DNA from: Geopsychrobacteraceae bacterium
Lineage (GTDB): Bacteria; Desulfobacterota; Desulfuromonadia; Desulfuromonadales; Geopsychrobacteraceae
Direction of reading: 5' to 3'
Assembly (NCBI GenBank): GCA_963676795.2
Contig: CAXXTB010000002.1
Location: 1,376,001-1,440,000, forward strand
DNA length: 64,000 nt
Each line of letters starts with the position of its first letter. Position 1 is the stretch's first letter. Under the pieces are notes generated by a model. The model had not been told where the DNA came from. It searched no databases and was given only the letters and a program-made list of their open reading frames with translations. Of the stretch, positions 1 to 10,547 are shown piece by piece. Both the position numbers and the translations under genes were made by a program.

Positions 1-3000
1 CCGGAGTCCTATCTGCGCCAGTTGCTCAAGGTTTACCAGAGTCTGCGGACCAAGCAGCGGGTCCAGCTCAAGTTCATTGCCTATACCGATAATACTGCCT
101 TGAGCGCAAGACAGCAGCGTATCTATGGTAACCATGCCGGGTTGTCAAGCGCTGTTGCCAGGCGCACGGCGCAGGCCGTACAGGATGCACTGCAGCTTGC
201 TAACCCCGCTGTCGCCAGTGAAGGGCGGGGAGCAACCCGGCCGCTGGCCACCAACCTGACAGTCGAAGGGCGCGCCAGAAATCGCAGGATCGAGGTCGAG
301 TTCTGGCATGATGACCCGTTGCAGGGATTGCCGGATGAACCGCAGCTTTGCCCGGAACAATCGGGGGCAGATACCGTGACCCGTGTCTATCAGTCACCGA
401 ATGGGGCGCTCGGATCGGTCTTGTTCGAGAACGGTCAGCCGTTGATCAGTGATCAGGCTCTGTCCAGCTGGCGCCGCGCTCTCGCCGAGATTTCAGGCAA
501 AGCTAACCCGCGTCTGCGTTTTGTCGGATACGTCAGCAATGAACGGCTTGACCGCAGAACAGCGGCTGTTTACGGAGATGACATCGGCCTGTCGCTGGCC
601 CGCGCCAGACGGGCCATGGAGGAAGCGCTTGCCCGGCTGGATCTGAGCCCTGAGCAGGCTGAATTTGACGGCCGCGGCTATGTGCAGAGCGAGGATGTCG
701 TCAATCTCGGTTTTATCGAATCTGATCAGTCCCGTGTTGAAGTCCAGGCTGTTTATGACGAGCTGGCGATCATCGATGACTACGATGGGGTTGAGATCAC
801 CCGCCTGACCCGCAATGTTGAAACGAAAAATCCTTTTGCCCTGAACCTGATGCGTATCTCCGTGGATGGCACGCCGGTCGATGACCCGGGCAAGAGCGTT
901 CCCGATGTCCAGCGCTGTACCGACGTCGCTCTCGATGCGGCGCGGATCCAGTTCAAATACGACAGCCTGACCATGGAGCCGCGCCTGAATGTGAATGCAT
1001 GGCCGCGGGCCGCCCGTTTCGCCGATTACCCCGACAGCGATTTTCCGGAAAACCGCATCGATTTTCAGCTCTACAGCAACTATCGCAACTTCTTCTCGCG
1101 GGCCGAGGTCCGGATCTTCAGGAAGGAACAGGCTGAGACGGATGAGCCCTTGGTCGTCGTCGACCTCGATGATCTGGGGCGCGGCCATTGGCTGGCTGAT
1201 TTCTCTGACTACCGCGCTCCGGGGATCAAGCTCAAATATCTGCTCAGGGTCAGCAGTGAAGAGGGGCTTTTTGATGAAACCCGACCCCAGGAATTGTGGA
1301 TCGTAGATCAGCTCGAGCCGGAATCACTGGTTGCGGACAGGGACTATGAGCTACTGGCCGGATATGGCGGCAGCCGGATTGCGTTCCGTAATATTCCCCT
1401 ACGCGGCGGAGTCATTCAGGCTATTGGTGAGCATATTCCGGCTGAACATGCTGTCTGGCTGGCCGGTAAAGCGGTTCCGGTCGATGGGCGCGGGCGTTTT
1501 ATCGCCGAAGAGATCATTCCGTCCGGGGCTCACACTGTTGAAGTCGCGGTTCTCGATCCGCAGGGAAACGGAAATCTATATCTGCGCGATCTGCAGCTTA
1601 AAGATTCCGACTGGTTCACTGTCGGGATTGCCGATCTGACCGCTTCCGCCAATGAAACCAACGGACCGGCCCATCTGCTCGATCCCGACAACCCGCGCTA
1701 CAGTGAGGATTTTTCTCTGCAGGGGCGGCTGGCCTTCTATTCAAAGGGGAGACTGGCCAACGGCTGGACCCTGACCGCCAGCGCCGACACCCGCGAAGGG
1801 CCGCTCGATGAGATCTTCAGCAACTTCATGGAGAAGACCAGTGATGCGCAGTTCCGGCGCATGGATCCGGACCGTCACTATCCGACCCTGGGCGATGACA
1901 GTACCGTCGTCGAAGATGCTCCGACGCGTGGCAAGTTCTACCTGCGCATGCAGCGTGACGATAACTATGCGCTGTGGGGCAATTATAAGCTCAGTTATCG
2001 AGATGCCGAACTGACCCCGGTTGAACGTAACCTCTATGGTCTCCATCTGCACTATCAGCCGACCCAGACGACCAGTTTCGGTGCGACGCGTTTTCTCGCC
2101 GATGGTTTCATCGCTGATCCGGGCACAGTCTCCGGCCGTGACGATCTGCGTGGAACCGGCGGATCGCTCTATTATCTCAAGTTCCAGGATGTCCTCGAAG
2201 GGTCCGAGAGCGTGCGCATCGAGGTGCGCGACAAGGATTCTAACTTGGTTATCGCCAGCAAACTGCTGAGCGTCGATCTCGATTACGATATCGATTACCT
2301 GCAGGGGCGAATCCTTCTCAATGAGGTTCTGCCGACCACCGCTGACGATAATCTGCTGACCAGCAGTGCATCGATCAGCGGCAACCCCGTCTATCTGGTT
2401 GTGCAGTACGAATACACCCCGGGCTTTTCTGATCCGGATACGGTCGTCAGCGGCGCCCGGGTCCACTACTGGTTGAATGACTTTATCAAATTCGGTGCTA
2501 CGAGAGCGATGAGTGATGAGCCCGATGCCGAGAGTCGTATCAGTGGTGTCGATCTTGTGCTGCGCAAGTCTTCCGCATCCTGGCTGAAACTGGAATATGC
2601 CCGGAGTGAGGGGGACGGAGTTCTGTCGTCCAGCTCCGATGACGGCGGCTATAGTTACTCGACAGAGACCACAACTTCGGCTGAGAATAGCGCCAGTGGC
2701 TACCGTGCGGAAGCGTCGCTGGCCTTCTCCGACATCCACCCGGTTCTGCCCGGCCAGCTGCATTTTTACCTGCAGGATCTCGGCGCGGGCTATTCGGTCA
2801 CCGGTCTGTCAACCGAGACAGGTCTTACTCAGTATGGTTTCAGCCTGGGGATGCCGATCGGACAGCGTTTTTCGACCCGCGTTAAATATGACAAGAAGAG
2901 TGAAGAGGAACTGCTCGAAACAGAAGCAGGCGAGATCAATCTTGATTACCGCCTCACTGACAACTGGACCTTGAGCAGTGGTGTTCGCCAGGACACCAGA

Positions 3001-4284
3001 ACCGTTCTGGCGACAACAACCAGTTCGACCCAGGAGGAGGGGGAACTGATCGATGTCGTGGTCAGAGCCTCCTACAATTCTCGCAAGGCCTGGAGTGCCT
3101 ACAGCTTTGTTCAGGAAACCATTGAAGCGACCGACAGTCGCGAAGATAACAGCCGTCTCGGCCTGGGGGGGAGTTGGCGTCTGACCGAACGCTTCTCGCT
3201 GCACGGCGAGGTCTCCGAGGGGGATCTGGGAACCGACGCGACTGTCGGCAGTGAATACCTGTACAGTGACCGGACCACGTTGTACCTCAACTACAGCCTC
3301 GACAATGAGAGCGGTGACGACGGCAGCAGGTCGAATAAGGGGAATATGGCGAGTGGCTTCAGAACCCGCTATTCCGACACGACCAGCGTCTATTTTGAAG
3401 AAACCTATGCCCATGGAGATACCCCGACCGGTCTGATCCATACCGCCGGCGTCGATCTGGCCCCGACCGACCGACTGAATCTCAAGGTCAGTCTCGATAT
3501 CGGAACCCTCAAGGATCCCGAGACCTCGGCGACCCTGGAACGGACCGCTGGCGCCTTGAGTGTCGGCTACGGTTTCGACAAGGTGGCGCTGGCCAGCGGA
3601 GTTGAATACCGGGTCGACAACACCGAGCAGAGCGATGACAGCCACAGTAAAAGGACCACCTGGCTGTTCAAGAACAGCTTCAAATACAAGCTCAATGAAA
3701 ACTGGCGGATACTCGGCAAGTTCAATATGTCGATGAGCGAAAGTTCGCTCGGTTCCTCTTACAACGGGGATTATACGGAAGCCGTGCTCGGTTACGCCTA
3801 CCGCCCGGTCTACAACGACCGACTCAATCTGCTGTTCAAATACACCTATTTTTACGATCTGCCGGCGACGGATGACAGCTCGTCTTCAACGACCACCTAT
3901 ATCCAGCGCAGCCATATCGCGGCTGTCGACCTGATGTACGACCTGACCCAGCGCTGGACCATCGGTGGCAAATATGCGTACCGGCTTGGCCAGGTCGCTC
4001 TTGACCGGGAAAATCCGCAATATTTCGACAGCAATGCGCAGCTGTTTGTGCTGCGTGCCGACTGGCACTTCATGCACCGTTGGGATGCCCTCGTCGAGGG
4101 ACGGATGCTCGACCTGCCGGATGCCCAGGACCGGCGTGCCGGAGCTCTGGTCGGCGTTTACCGGCACTTTGGCAATCACATCAAGGCAGGACTTGGCTAC
4201 AACTTCAGTGACTTCTCCGATGACCTGACCCAGCTTGATTACAGACATCAGGGGTTGTTCGTCAACCTGATCGGCAAGTTTTAG
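1..4284 (+). CDS. Giant outer-membrane protein (5'-truncated): OmpA-like peptidoglycan-binding domains followed by a very large beta-barrel region
   Basis: Frame +1 is open from base 1, so the start lies upstream of the window. OmpA-C motif GRGATRPLATNLTVEGRARNRRIEVEF plus a second degenerate copy (GLSLARARRAM..FDGRGY). The C-terminal ~800 aa has many amphipathic Y/F/W/G-rich strands and ends in GLFVNLIGKF (BAM-type terminal Phe). Confidence 0.8.
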   Translation, partial: PESYLRQLLKVYQSLRTKQRVQLKFIAYTDNTALSARQQRIYGNHAGLSSAVARRTAQAVQDALQLANPAVASEGRGATRPLATNLTVEGRARNRRIEVEFWHDDPLQGLPDEPQLCPEQSGADTVTRVYQSPNGALGSVLFENGQPLISDQALSSWRRALAEISGKANPRLRFVGYVSNERLDRRTAAVYGDDIGLSLARARRAMEEALARLDLSPEQAEFDGRGYVQSEDVVNLGFIESDQSRVEVQAVYDELAIIDDYDGVEITRLTRNVETKNPFALNLMRISVDGTPVDDPGKSVPDVQRCTDVALDAARIQFKYDSLTMEPRLNVNAWPRAARFADYPDSDFPENRIDFQLYSNYRNFFSRAEVRIFRKEQAETDEPLVVVDLDDLGRGHWLADFSDYRAPGIKLKYLLRVSSEEGLFDETRPQELWIVDQLEPESLVADRDYELLAGYGGSRIAFRNIPLRGGVIQAIGEHIPAEHAVWLAGKAVPVDGRGRFIAEEIIPSGAHTVEVAVLDPQGNGNLYLRDLQLKDSDWFTVGIADLTASANETNGPAHLLDPDNPRYSEDFSLQGRLAFYSKGRLANGWTLTASADTREGPLDEIFSNFMEKTSDAQFRRMDPDRHYPTLGDDSTVVEDAPTRGKFYLRMQRDDNYALWGNYKLSYRDAELTPVERNLYGLHLHYQPTQTTSFGATRFLADGFIADPGTVSGRDDLRGTGGSLYYLKFQDVLEGSESVRIEVRDKDSNLVIASKLLSVDLDYDIDYLQGRILLNEVLPTTADDNLLTSSASISGNPVYLVVQYEYTPGFSDPDTVVSGARVHYWLNDFIKFGATRAMSDEPDAESRISGVDLVLRKSSASWLKLEYARSEGDGVLSSSSDDGGYSYSTETTTSAENSASGYRAEASLAFSDIHPVLPGQLHFYLQDLGAGYSVTGLSTETGLTQYGFSLGMPIGQRFSTRVKYDKKSEEELLETEAGEINLDYRLTDNWTLSSGVRQDTRTVLATTTSSTQEEGELIDVVVRASYNSRKAWSAYSFVQETIEATDSREDNSRLGLGGSWRLTERFSLHGEVSEGDLGTDATVGSEYLYSDRTTLYLNYSLDNESGDDGSRSNKGNMASGFRTRYSDTTSVYFEETYAHGDTPTGLIHTAGVDLAPTDRLNLKVSLDIGTLKDPETSATLERTAGALSVGYGFDKVALASGVEYRVDNTEQSDDSHSKRTTWLFKNSFKYKLNENWRILGKFNMSMSESSLGSSYNGDYTEAVLGYAYRPVYNDRLNLLFKYTYFYDLPATDDSSSSTTTYIQRSHIAAVDLMYDLTQRWTIGGKYAYRLGQVALDRENPQYFDSNAQLFVLRADWHFMHRWDALVEGRMLDLPDAQDRRAGALVGVYRHFGNHIKAGLGYNFSDFSDDLTQLDYRHQGLFVNLIGKF

Positions 4285-4323
4285 CTGCAGTGGCTTGAAA
4301 CGACAGAAAACGGAAGGTGAAAA

Positions 4324-4839
4324 ATGGAAAAGCTTCTCAGATTCATCGGCATGTTGTTGTTCTTCTCCCTGTTCGGGCTCAGTGTCAGGGCCGAGCCGCT
4401 GGGCGCGGACCAGGTCAAGGGGCTGGATGAGCAGATTCAGGACATCAAAAGCGATGTCCTGTCGATCGCCTCGGAACTGAATCTGCTCGAGGAAAAACTG
4501 CTCTATCCGTCTCACAGCGAGATCGCACTGTTTCTTGCCATAGAGCCTGAGGATGAGTTCCGTCTCGACAGTGTTTCACTGCTCCTCGACGGCCATCAGG
4601 TTGCCGATCATATCTACAGTTTCAAGGAACTCGAAGCTATGCAGCGCGGCGGCGTGCAGAAGATTTACACCGGCAACGTCAAAAGCGGGGCACACAATCT
4701 GACGGTTCTGTATCGGGGCGAATCAAAAGCCGGTCATCCCTTTGAAAAAGAGCTGCAGTTCAGCCTCAAAAAGGGGATCGGACCGAGCATCGGCGAGATC
4801 GTTCTGAATCAGCAGACGGCCGTTTACAGCGACAGGTAA
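4324..4839 (+). CDS. Exported hypothetical protein (short coiled coil plus beta-rich domain) of the Agl-Glt-like operon
   Basis: 171 aa, GGAAGG RBS-like sequence, signal peptide ending VRA, directly abuts the next ORF. Confidence 0.75.
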   Translation: MEKLLRFIGMLLFFSLFGLSVRAEPLGADQVKGLDEQIQDIKSDVLSIASELNLLEEKLLYPSHSEIALFLAIEPEDEFRLDSVSLLLDGHQVADHIYSFKELEAMQRGGVQKIYTGNVKSGAHNLTVLYRGESKAGHPFEKELQFSLKKGIGPSIGEIVLNQQTAVYSDR

Positions 4840-6741
4840 GTGATGAAGAGAGCCTTTTTCATATTCTGCCTGCTGTTCTACAGCGCCAACCTGGCCAACG
4901 CCTGGTGGTGGTCTGACGAGCCGGAGGCGAAACGCATCGACCTCTACTTCGGTGAAGCCCTTTTCCAGGCCTACCAGGAAAACTGGTTCGCTGCGATCAG
5001 CCGCCTTGATGCCGAGCTGGCCCAGCATTATCACCTCGATGAGCCACAGCTCGACAGCTTGTTTGGTCAGCTGGCCGATGCGGAGTTCTCGGTCGGCGAT
5101 TTCGAGCTTGCCTACCGCATGCATCAGCGGGCCGGCCGGGCCATTTCCGCCCTGATCAACGGAGAGGTTGATGAGCAGACCAGGAATGCCGCGCTCTTTC
5201 GGCTGGCCAGAATCTATTTTTACAAGAATCAGCCCCTTGAGGCTCTGCACGCCCTCGGTCAGCTGACGGGGCGCAGATCCCGCGAACTGGAGCTGAACGT
5301 CGCCGAACTGCGTGCTCAACTGCTGATCGTTACTGGCGATTTCGCTGCTGCCGTCGAACTGCTTGACACCTTGCAGGGGAAGGATACGTTCGGAGATTAT
5401 GCCGGTTATAACCTGGCCATTGCCCTGCTGCGTGAAGGGCGGGTCGAAGATGCGCTGCACCAGTTCAACAGGGTCGGGCAGAAAGCGGTGGACAGTGGCG
5501 AGGCACTGGTGATCCGCGACAAGGCGAACCTGGTTCTGGGGGATCGTCTGCTGGGTGCAGAGCGGTATCCCTTCGCCAAGGCAGTGATGGACCGGGTCAG
5601 CCTGGAAGGGCCATTTTCCAACCAGGCTCTGCTCGGCTCCGGCTGGGCCGATGCTCTGCAGGACGACTATGAACGGGCCCTGGTGCCCTGGACCCTGCTC
5701 AGTCAGCGCGATGTGACCGACAGGTCAGTTCAGGAAGCATTGCTGGCGGTTCCCTATGCCTACGGGAAGCTGGGTGTCTATAGCCGCTCGGCACTGTTCT
5801 ACGGTAAGGCGCTGCAGGTCTTCGCCGCTGAAATCGACAAGCTGAGCGCGTCGATCATCAGTATCCGGGAGGGACGTTTTCTCGATGCGCTGCTGCGGGA
5901 AGAATTGCAGGTCGATTCATCCTGGATCATCAGGTTGCGTGAGTTGCCGCAGTCGCCGGAAACCTATTATCTGCTTGAACTGCTGGCGTCACACGCTTTT
6001 CAGGAAGGGCTGAAAAATTACCTCGATCTCGATGCCCTGCGCGACCGGCTGAGTGGCTGGCGAAGCGATCTGGACGCCTACGAAGAGATTATCGCCTCCA
6101 GGCGGGCCTATTACGAACCGTTGCTCCCCGAGATCGACAGCCAGTTCCGGCTGCTCGACTCCCAGATGCGTCTGCGTCTTGAACAGCGTGATCACATCGA
6201 ACAACGCCTCAACGGCCTGCTCACGGCACCGCGTCCGGTACTGTTGATGACAGCCGCTGAGCGGATTGCCAAAGAGCGTCTCTACCAGCTGCAGATCAAG
6301 CCTGCCGTCACAGAGGACGATCTCCAGCGGGTCAGACGCCTTAACGGAGTCATCGACTGGCAGATCCGCCTCGAATATGACCAGCGTCAGACCGATGCCT
6401 TTGAACACCTGTTCGCTCTCAACGAGCATATTGTTGCCTTGCAGCAGCGCTATCAGTCTTTTGTCCGCATCCGTCAGGCGGCGACCCAGAGTTATCAGGG
6501 CTTTGATGAGACGATCCGTCTGCAGCGCATCCGCATCGATGCCGCCGGCACGGCGATCGACCGGTTGATGAAACGCCAGGGCCATCAGCTCGAAGAACTG
6601 GCGATCGCCGAGCTGCAGGAACGGCGTGACCGTCTTGAGGAGTTCCAGGTCAAGGCCCGTTTTGCCATGGCGGACAGCTTCGACCGGGCGGCCCGCAAGG
6701 GAGAGGAGAGTGCAGAGCCCGGGGAGGAGAAGGAACAATGA
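4840..6741 (+). CDS. Periplasmic TPR protein with coiled-coil C-terminus (possibly GltC-like)
   Basis: 633 aa, signal peptide ending ANA, TPR-like helices (ALFRLARIYF, YAGYNLAIALL, QALLGSGWA). Stop overlaps the next start (ATGA). Start could be ATG 4843. Confidence 0.7.
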   Translation: MMKRAFFIFCLLFYSANLANAWWWSDEPEAKRIDLYFGEALFQAYQENWFAAISRLDAELAQHYHLDEPQLDSLFGQLADAEFSVGDFELAYRMHQRAGRAISALINGEVDEQTRNAALFRLARIYFYKNQPLEALHALGQLTGRRSRELELNVAELRAQLLIVTGDFAAAVELLDTLQGKDTFGDYAGYNLAIALLREGRVEDALHQFNRVGQKAVDSGEALVIRDKANLVLGDRLLGAERYPFAKAVMDRVSLEGPFSNQALLGSGWADALQDDYERALVPWTLLSQRDVTDRSVQEALLAVPYAYGKLGVYSRSALFYGKALQVFAAEIDKLSASIISIREGRFLDALLREELQVDSSWIIRLRELPQSPETYYLLELLASHAFQEGLKNYLDLDALRDRLSGWRSDLDAYEEIIASRRAYYEPLLPEIDSQFRLLDSQMRLRLEQRDHIEQRLNGLLTAPRPVLLMTAAERIAKERLYQLQIKPAVTEDDLQRVRRLNGVIDWQIRLEYDQRQTDAFEHLFALNEHIVALQQRYQSFVRIRQAATQSYQGFDETIRLQRIRIDAAGTAIDRLMKRQGHQLEELAIAELQERRDRLEEFQVKARFAMADSFDRAARKGEESAEPGEEKEQ

Positions 6742-9700
6742 TGGCAAAATACTGTGCAATCATCCTGATCTTTCTGCTTGTCGGTTGCAGCAGCGGCTTC
6801 AACCGCAGCGGCACGATTTCACAAATCAGAAACCAGAAGGTTGACCTGAGTGAGGTTGAAATCGAGGGCGGGCTTGAGCAGGCGATGGCCAGCTACGAGC
6901 AGTTCCTGCGCGATCCCGGCAACGTTTCTGCGTTGACTCCGGAAGCGATCCGCCGCCTGGCTGACCTGAAGGTCGAAAAGGAATATGGTCTGGTCGGCCA
7001 GCAATCCTCGCCAGTTGAGACCCTTGCCGACCCGGAGTCGGCCGGTGTCGCGATGAAAACGGTTGATCAGGCGGCGCTGCCTGAGTTTCAAGGCGAAGCC
7101 GAAAGCGATGCCGACTTTGAACAACGCACGACCCGGGCGCGTCAGGTTGCAGCAAGTTCGACCCCCGATTTGAGCGCTGATCCGAGCCTCGATGATCTGG
7201 AACGCGCCGGCCCACTTGAGGCTATTGCCCTCTATCAGCGCCTGCTTGACGAGTACCCCTACTATCCGAACAACGATCAGGTTCTTTACCAGATGTCGCG
7301 GGCCTATGAAGAACTTGGCCGGCTTGACGAAGCGATGCTGGTCATGGGACGGCTGATCAGTCAGTACCCTGATTCCCGCTATTTTGATGAAGTTCAGTTC
7401 CGTCGCGCAGAGTCGCTTTTCACCCGGCGCAAGTATCTGGATGCCGAGGAGGCCTACAGCAGTATCGTGGTCAAGGGGGTCGGTTCCGACTTCTACCAGC
7501 TGGCACTTTACAAGCTGGGCTGGACCTACTATAAGCAGGAACTCTACGAAGATGCCCTGCACAAGTATATCGCGCTGCTCGATTGCAAGGTCGATACAGG
7601 TTACGACTTCGAACAACAGCAGGAGCCATTGGAGAAGAAACGGATCGATGACACCTTCCGGGTCATCAGTCTGAGTTTTTCCTATCTCGGTGGTGCTGAT
7701 GCGACGGCGGATTATTTTGCCGAGTTCGGTACCCGCGATTATGAAGCCAACATCTATGAGAATCTTGCCGATTACTACTTCGGTAAGCGGCGCTACAGCG
7801 ATGCCGTGGCCAGCTACGCCAAATTCATCGAGTTGAACCCTTATCATCGCAAAGCGCCTCTGTTTGCTCAGCAGGTCATCGATGTCAATACCGCGGGCGG
7901 ATTTCCGAGTCTGGTCGTCGAAGCCAAGAAGAAATTCGCCCGCGATTATGCCTTGAGTTCCGCGTACTGGAATTACTTTGAGGTTGCCGAACGGCCGGAA
8001 GTCATCGCGGGGCTCAAGACCAACCTGACCGACCTGGCGAATCACTATCATGCCCTCTATCAGAATCCGAAGCTGAAGAAGAAGCAGGCCGGAAACTTTT
8101 CCGAAGCGACACATTGGTACCGGGAATTCCTCGCTTCATTCAGCAGCGAGCCACAGGCCCCTGTGATCAATTATCAGCTTGCCGATCTGCTGCTTGAGAA
8201 CAAGTCGTATGCCGAGGCGGCGGTGGAATATGAAAGGACCGCCTACGACTATGCAATTCACGAACGTTCATCAAAGGCGGGCTATGCAGCCGTCTACGCT
8301 TATCGTCAGCAGCTGGCGACAGTTCAGGAAGATGAACTTCAGCTGCAGGTCAAGCGTGAGGTGGTGCGCAGTTCTCTCAAGTTTGCCCAACTCTTCCCCG
8401 GCCATGAAAAAGCTGCTGTTGTCCTTGGAGCCGCCGCCGATGATCTCTATGCCATTGACGATTATGAAAATGCGCTCTACGCGGCGCTTGATCTGATCGA
8501 GTGCTTTCCGCAGGCCGATACCCAGGTGACCCGTTCCGCCTGGCTGGTCGTCGGCCACTCGACTTATGAACTTGAATTCTATGCCAACGCCGAAGAGGCT
8601 TACCTCAGGGTTCTGTCACTGACCGAGACAGGCGCCAAGTGGAGAGCTGGACTGATCGACAATCTGGCCGCGGCCATCTACCGACAGGGGGAAGAAGCGA
8701 ATCGCGCTGAAGATTACCCGGCTGCGGCAGAGCACTTTATCCGGGTGACACTGCTGGCGCCAAGCTCGGCACTGCGCTCGACCGCCGAATACGATGCAGC
8801 GACAGCCTATATTCAGGCCAGGGACTGGACCCGTGCCGCTCAGGTTCTCACCGGCTTCCGCAACAATTTTCCCGAGCATGAGCTGCAGCATGAGGTGACC
8901 AAGAAGCTGGCCTATGTCTATCGGGAAGGGGAAGAGTACGCTCTGGCTGCGGATGAGTTTGAACGTATCGAGCAGGAGGCCGATGACGACGCTCTCAAGA
9001 GTGAAGCTCTGCTCAGCGCCGCCGAATTGCACCAGAAAGCCGGACAGCCGGAGCGGGCTCTCGTGGTTTATCAGCGTTATATCGAGCAGTTCCCCGATCC
9101 TCTCGATGTCAATGTTGAAACCTGCCAGAAGATCGCCGATCTGCTCAAGGAACAGGGGCAGCAGGACGCTTACATCCGTATGCTTGAGCGGATCGTACGG
9201 GTCGATGCCGAAGGTGACGAACAGCGTACCGCCAGAACCATATTTCTAGCGGCAAAGGCAGGGTTGGTGTTGGCGGAACGACATTACGCCGGTTTTGACG
9301 ACATTACCCTGGTCCAGCCTTTTGACAAAAGCCTGAAGAAAAAGAAGACCATGATGAAGGATCTGATCCAGGAATTCAGTCATCTGATCGAATATCAGGT
9401 GGGCGAGGTGACCGCGGCATCGACCTGGTACCTGGCTGAGATCTACGCCGAATTCAGTCGTTCCCTGATGCAGTCGGAGCGGCCTAAGGGGCTCGATGAT
9501 ATCGAACTGGAAGATTACGAACTTGCCCTGGAGGAGAACGCCTATCCCTTTGAGGAAAAAGCGATCGAGGTGCATCAGAGCAATCTCGAACTGATCGCTG
9601 CGGGGGTCTATAACAGCTGGATCGACAAAAGTATCGAGCGCCTGGCGCAGTTTGTTCCGGCGCGCTACGCGAAATCCGAGGAACTCTGCCCACTGGTCGA

Positions 9701-9890
9701 AGTGCCGGATGGGTTTGCCTTCTACTTTGCCGAAAAGCCGGAGAACGCGACGCTTCAAGCGGCTGAGGATAGTTCGGCAGAAGTAGAACCGCAGGAAGCG
9801 GAAACTGCTGTGTCTGCGTTGCCTGAAGATACACAGCAGCAGAGTTCGGGCGGCTCTGCCGGTGATGTTCAGCAAGGGGGTGCCCAATGA
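6738..9890 (+). CDS. Large TPR lipoprotein (GltD/AgmU-like)
   Basis: 1050 aa, lipobox LVGC, many TPR repeats (VLYQMSRAY, VQFRRAE, ALYKLGWTYY), C-terminal LEENAYPFEEKAIEVH motif recalled from AgmU/GltD-type proteins. Confidence 0.75.
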   Translation: MMAKYCAIILIFLLVGCSSGFNRSGTISQIRNQKVDLSEVEIEGGLEQAMASYEQFLRDPGNVSALTPEAIRRLADLKVEKEYGLVGQQSSPVETLADPESAGVAMKTVDQAALPEFQGEAESDADFEQRTTRARQVAASSTPDLSADPSLDDLERAGPLEAIALYQRLLDEYPYYPNNDQVLYQMSRAYEELGRLDEAMLVMGRLISQYPDSRYFDEVQFRRAESLFTRRKYLDAEEAYSSIVVKGVGSDFYQLALYKLGWTYYKQELYEDALHKYIALLDCKVDTGYDFEQQQEPLEKKRIDDTFRVISLSFSYLGGADATADYFAEFGTRDYEANIYENLADYYFGKRRYSDAVASYAKFIELNPYHRKAPLFAQQVIDVNTAGGFPSLVVEAKKKFARDYALSSAYWNYFEVAERPEVIAGLKTNLTDLANHYHALYQNPKLKKKQAGNFSEATHWYREFLASFSSEPQAPVINYQLADLLLENKSYAEAAVEYERTAYDYAIHERSSKAGYAAVYAYRQQLATVQEDELQLQVKREVVRSSLKFAQLFPGHEKAAVVLGAAADDLYAIDDYENALYAALDLIECFPQADTQVTRSAWLVVGHSTYELEFYANAEEAYLRVLSLTETGAKWRAGLIDNLAAAIYRQGEEANRAEDYPAAAEHFIRVTLLAPSSALRSTAEYDAATAYIQARDWTRAAQVLTGFRNNFPEHELQHEVTKKLAYVYREGEEYALAADEFERIEQEADDDALKSEALLSAAELHQKAGQPERALVVYQRYIEQFPDPLDVNVETCQKIADLLKEQGQQDAYIRMLERIVRVDAEGDEQRTARTIFLAAKAGLVLAERHYAGFDDITLVQPFDKSLKKKKTMMKDLIQEFSHLIEYQVGEVTAASTWYLAEIYAEFSRSLMQSERPKGLDDIELEDYELALEENAYPFEEKAIEVHQSNLELIAAGVYNSWIDKSIERLAQFVPARYAKSEELCPLVEVPDGFAFYFAEKPENATLQAAEDSSAEVEPQEAETAVSALPEDTQQQSSGGSAGDVQQGGAQ

Positions 9891-10540
9891 CCGGATTGAC
9901 GAATTTCAGACTCCTGGGGCTGGCCCTGTGCCTGGTCATCCTCTCCGGCTGTGCTGTCCAGTTACCGTTGCAGAGCGGCAAGGGGGAACCGGCTGATGTT
10001 CGGACGACAGCTCAGTCTGCCCCTGCACCTTCAGAACCTGCGCTGTGTGGTTTTGCCGTTGCCGAACCGCATAAGCTGAATCTTCTTGAGCGTAACGAGT
10101 TTTTGCGCGCGGTTGAACTGCTCAAGGCCGGGCAGGCCGAGTCAGCACTGCCGCTGTTGGAACGGCTCAGTCAGAGTGAGAATGTGGTGACGGCGGTCTA
10201 TGTCGATCTGGCCAAGGCTTACCTGCTGACTGAGCAGAAAGGGAAAGCTGAAGAGGCTCTGCAAAGCGCCCTCAGGCTCATCCCCGGGCATCCGCTGGCA
10301 AGCCAGGAATATGGAGTGATGCTGCGCCGCGCCGGGCGCTTTGCAGAAGCGCGAGGCCTCTATGAAGATACGCTGACTTACTATCCGGATTATCTGCCGA
10401 TCCGAAAGAATCTCGGCATTCTCTGTGACATCTATCTCAACGATCAGGACTGTGCCCTTGAGCAGTTCACATATTACAGCCAGGCCCTGCCGGATGACGA
10501 GCAGGTCAGACTCTGGGTCAGTGAGCTGCAACTTCGCTGA
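9887..10540 (+). CDS. TPR lipoprotein (GltE/AglT-like)
   Basis: 217 aa, lipobox LSGC, TPR motifs (YGVMLRRAGRFAEA, NLGILCDIYL), ATGA overlap with the upstream gene. Confidence 0.75.
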   Translation: MTGLTNFRLLGLALCLVILSGCAVQLPLQSGKGEPADVRTTAQSAPAPSEPALCGFAVAEPHKLNLLERNEFLRAVELLKAGQAESALPLLERLSQSENVVTAVYVDLAKAYLLTEQKGKAEEALQSALRLIPGHPLASQEYGVMLRRAGRFAEARGLYEDTLTYYPDYLPIRKNLGILCDIYLNDQDCALEQFTYYSQALPDDEQVRLWVSELQLR

Positions 10541-10547
10541 CCTCAAC

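Noticed and set aside
6819..8114. 431-aa minus-strand ORF and other long antisense ORFs in 0.5-14 kb
   Set aside because: Shadows of the plus-strand operon; no RBS or motifs recognised.
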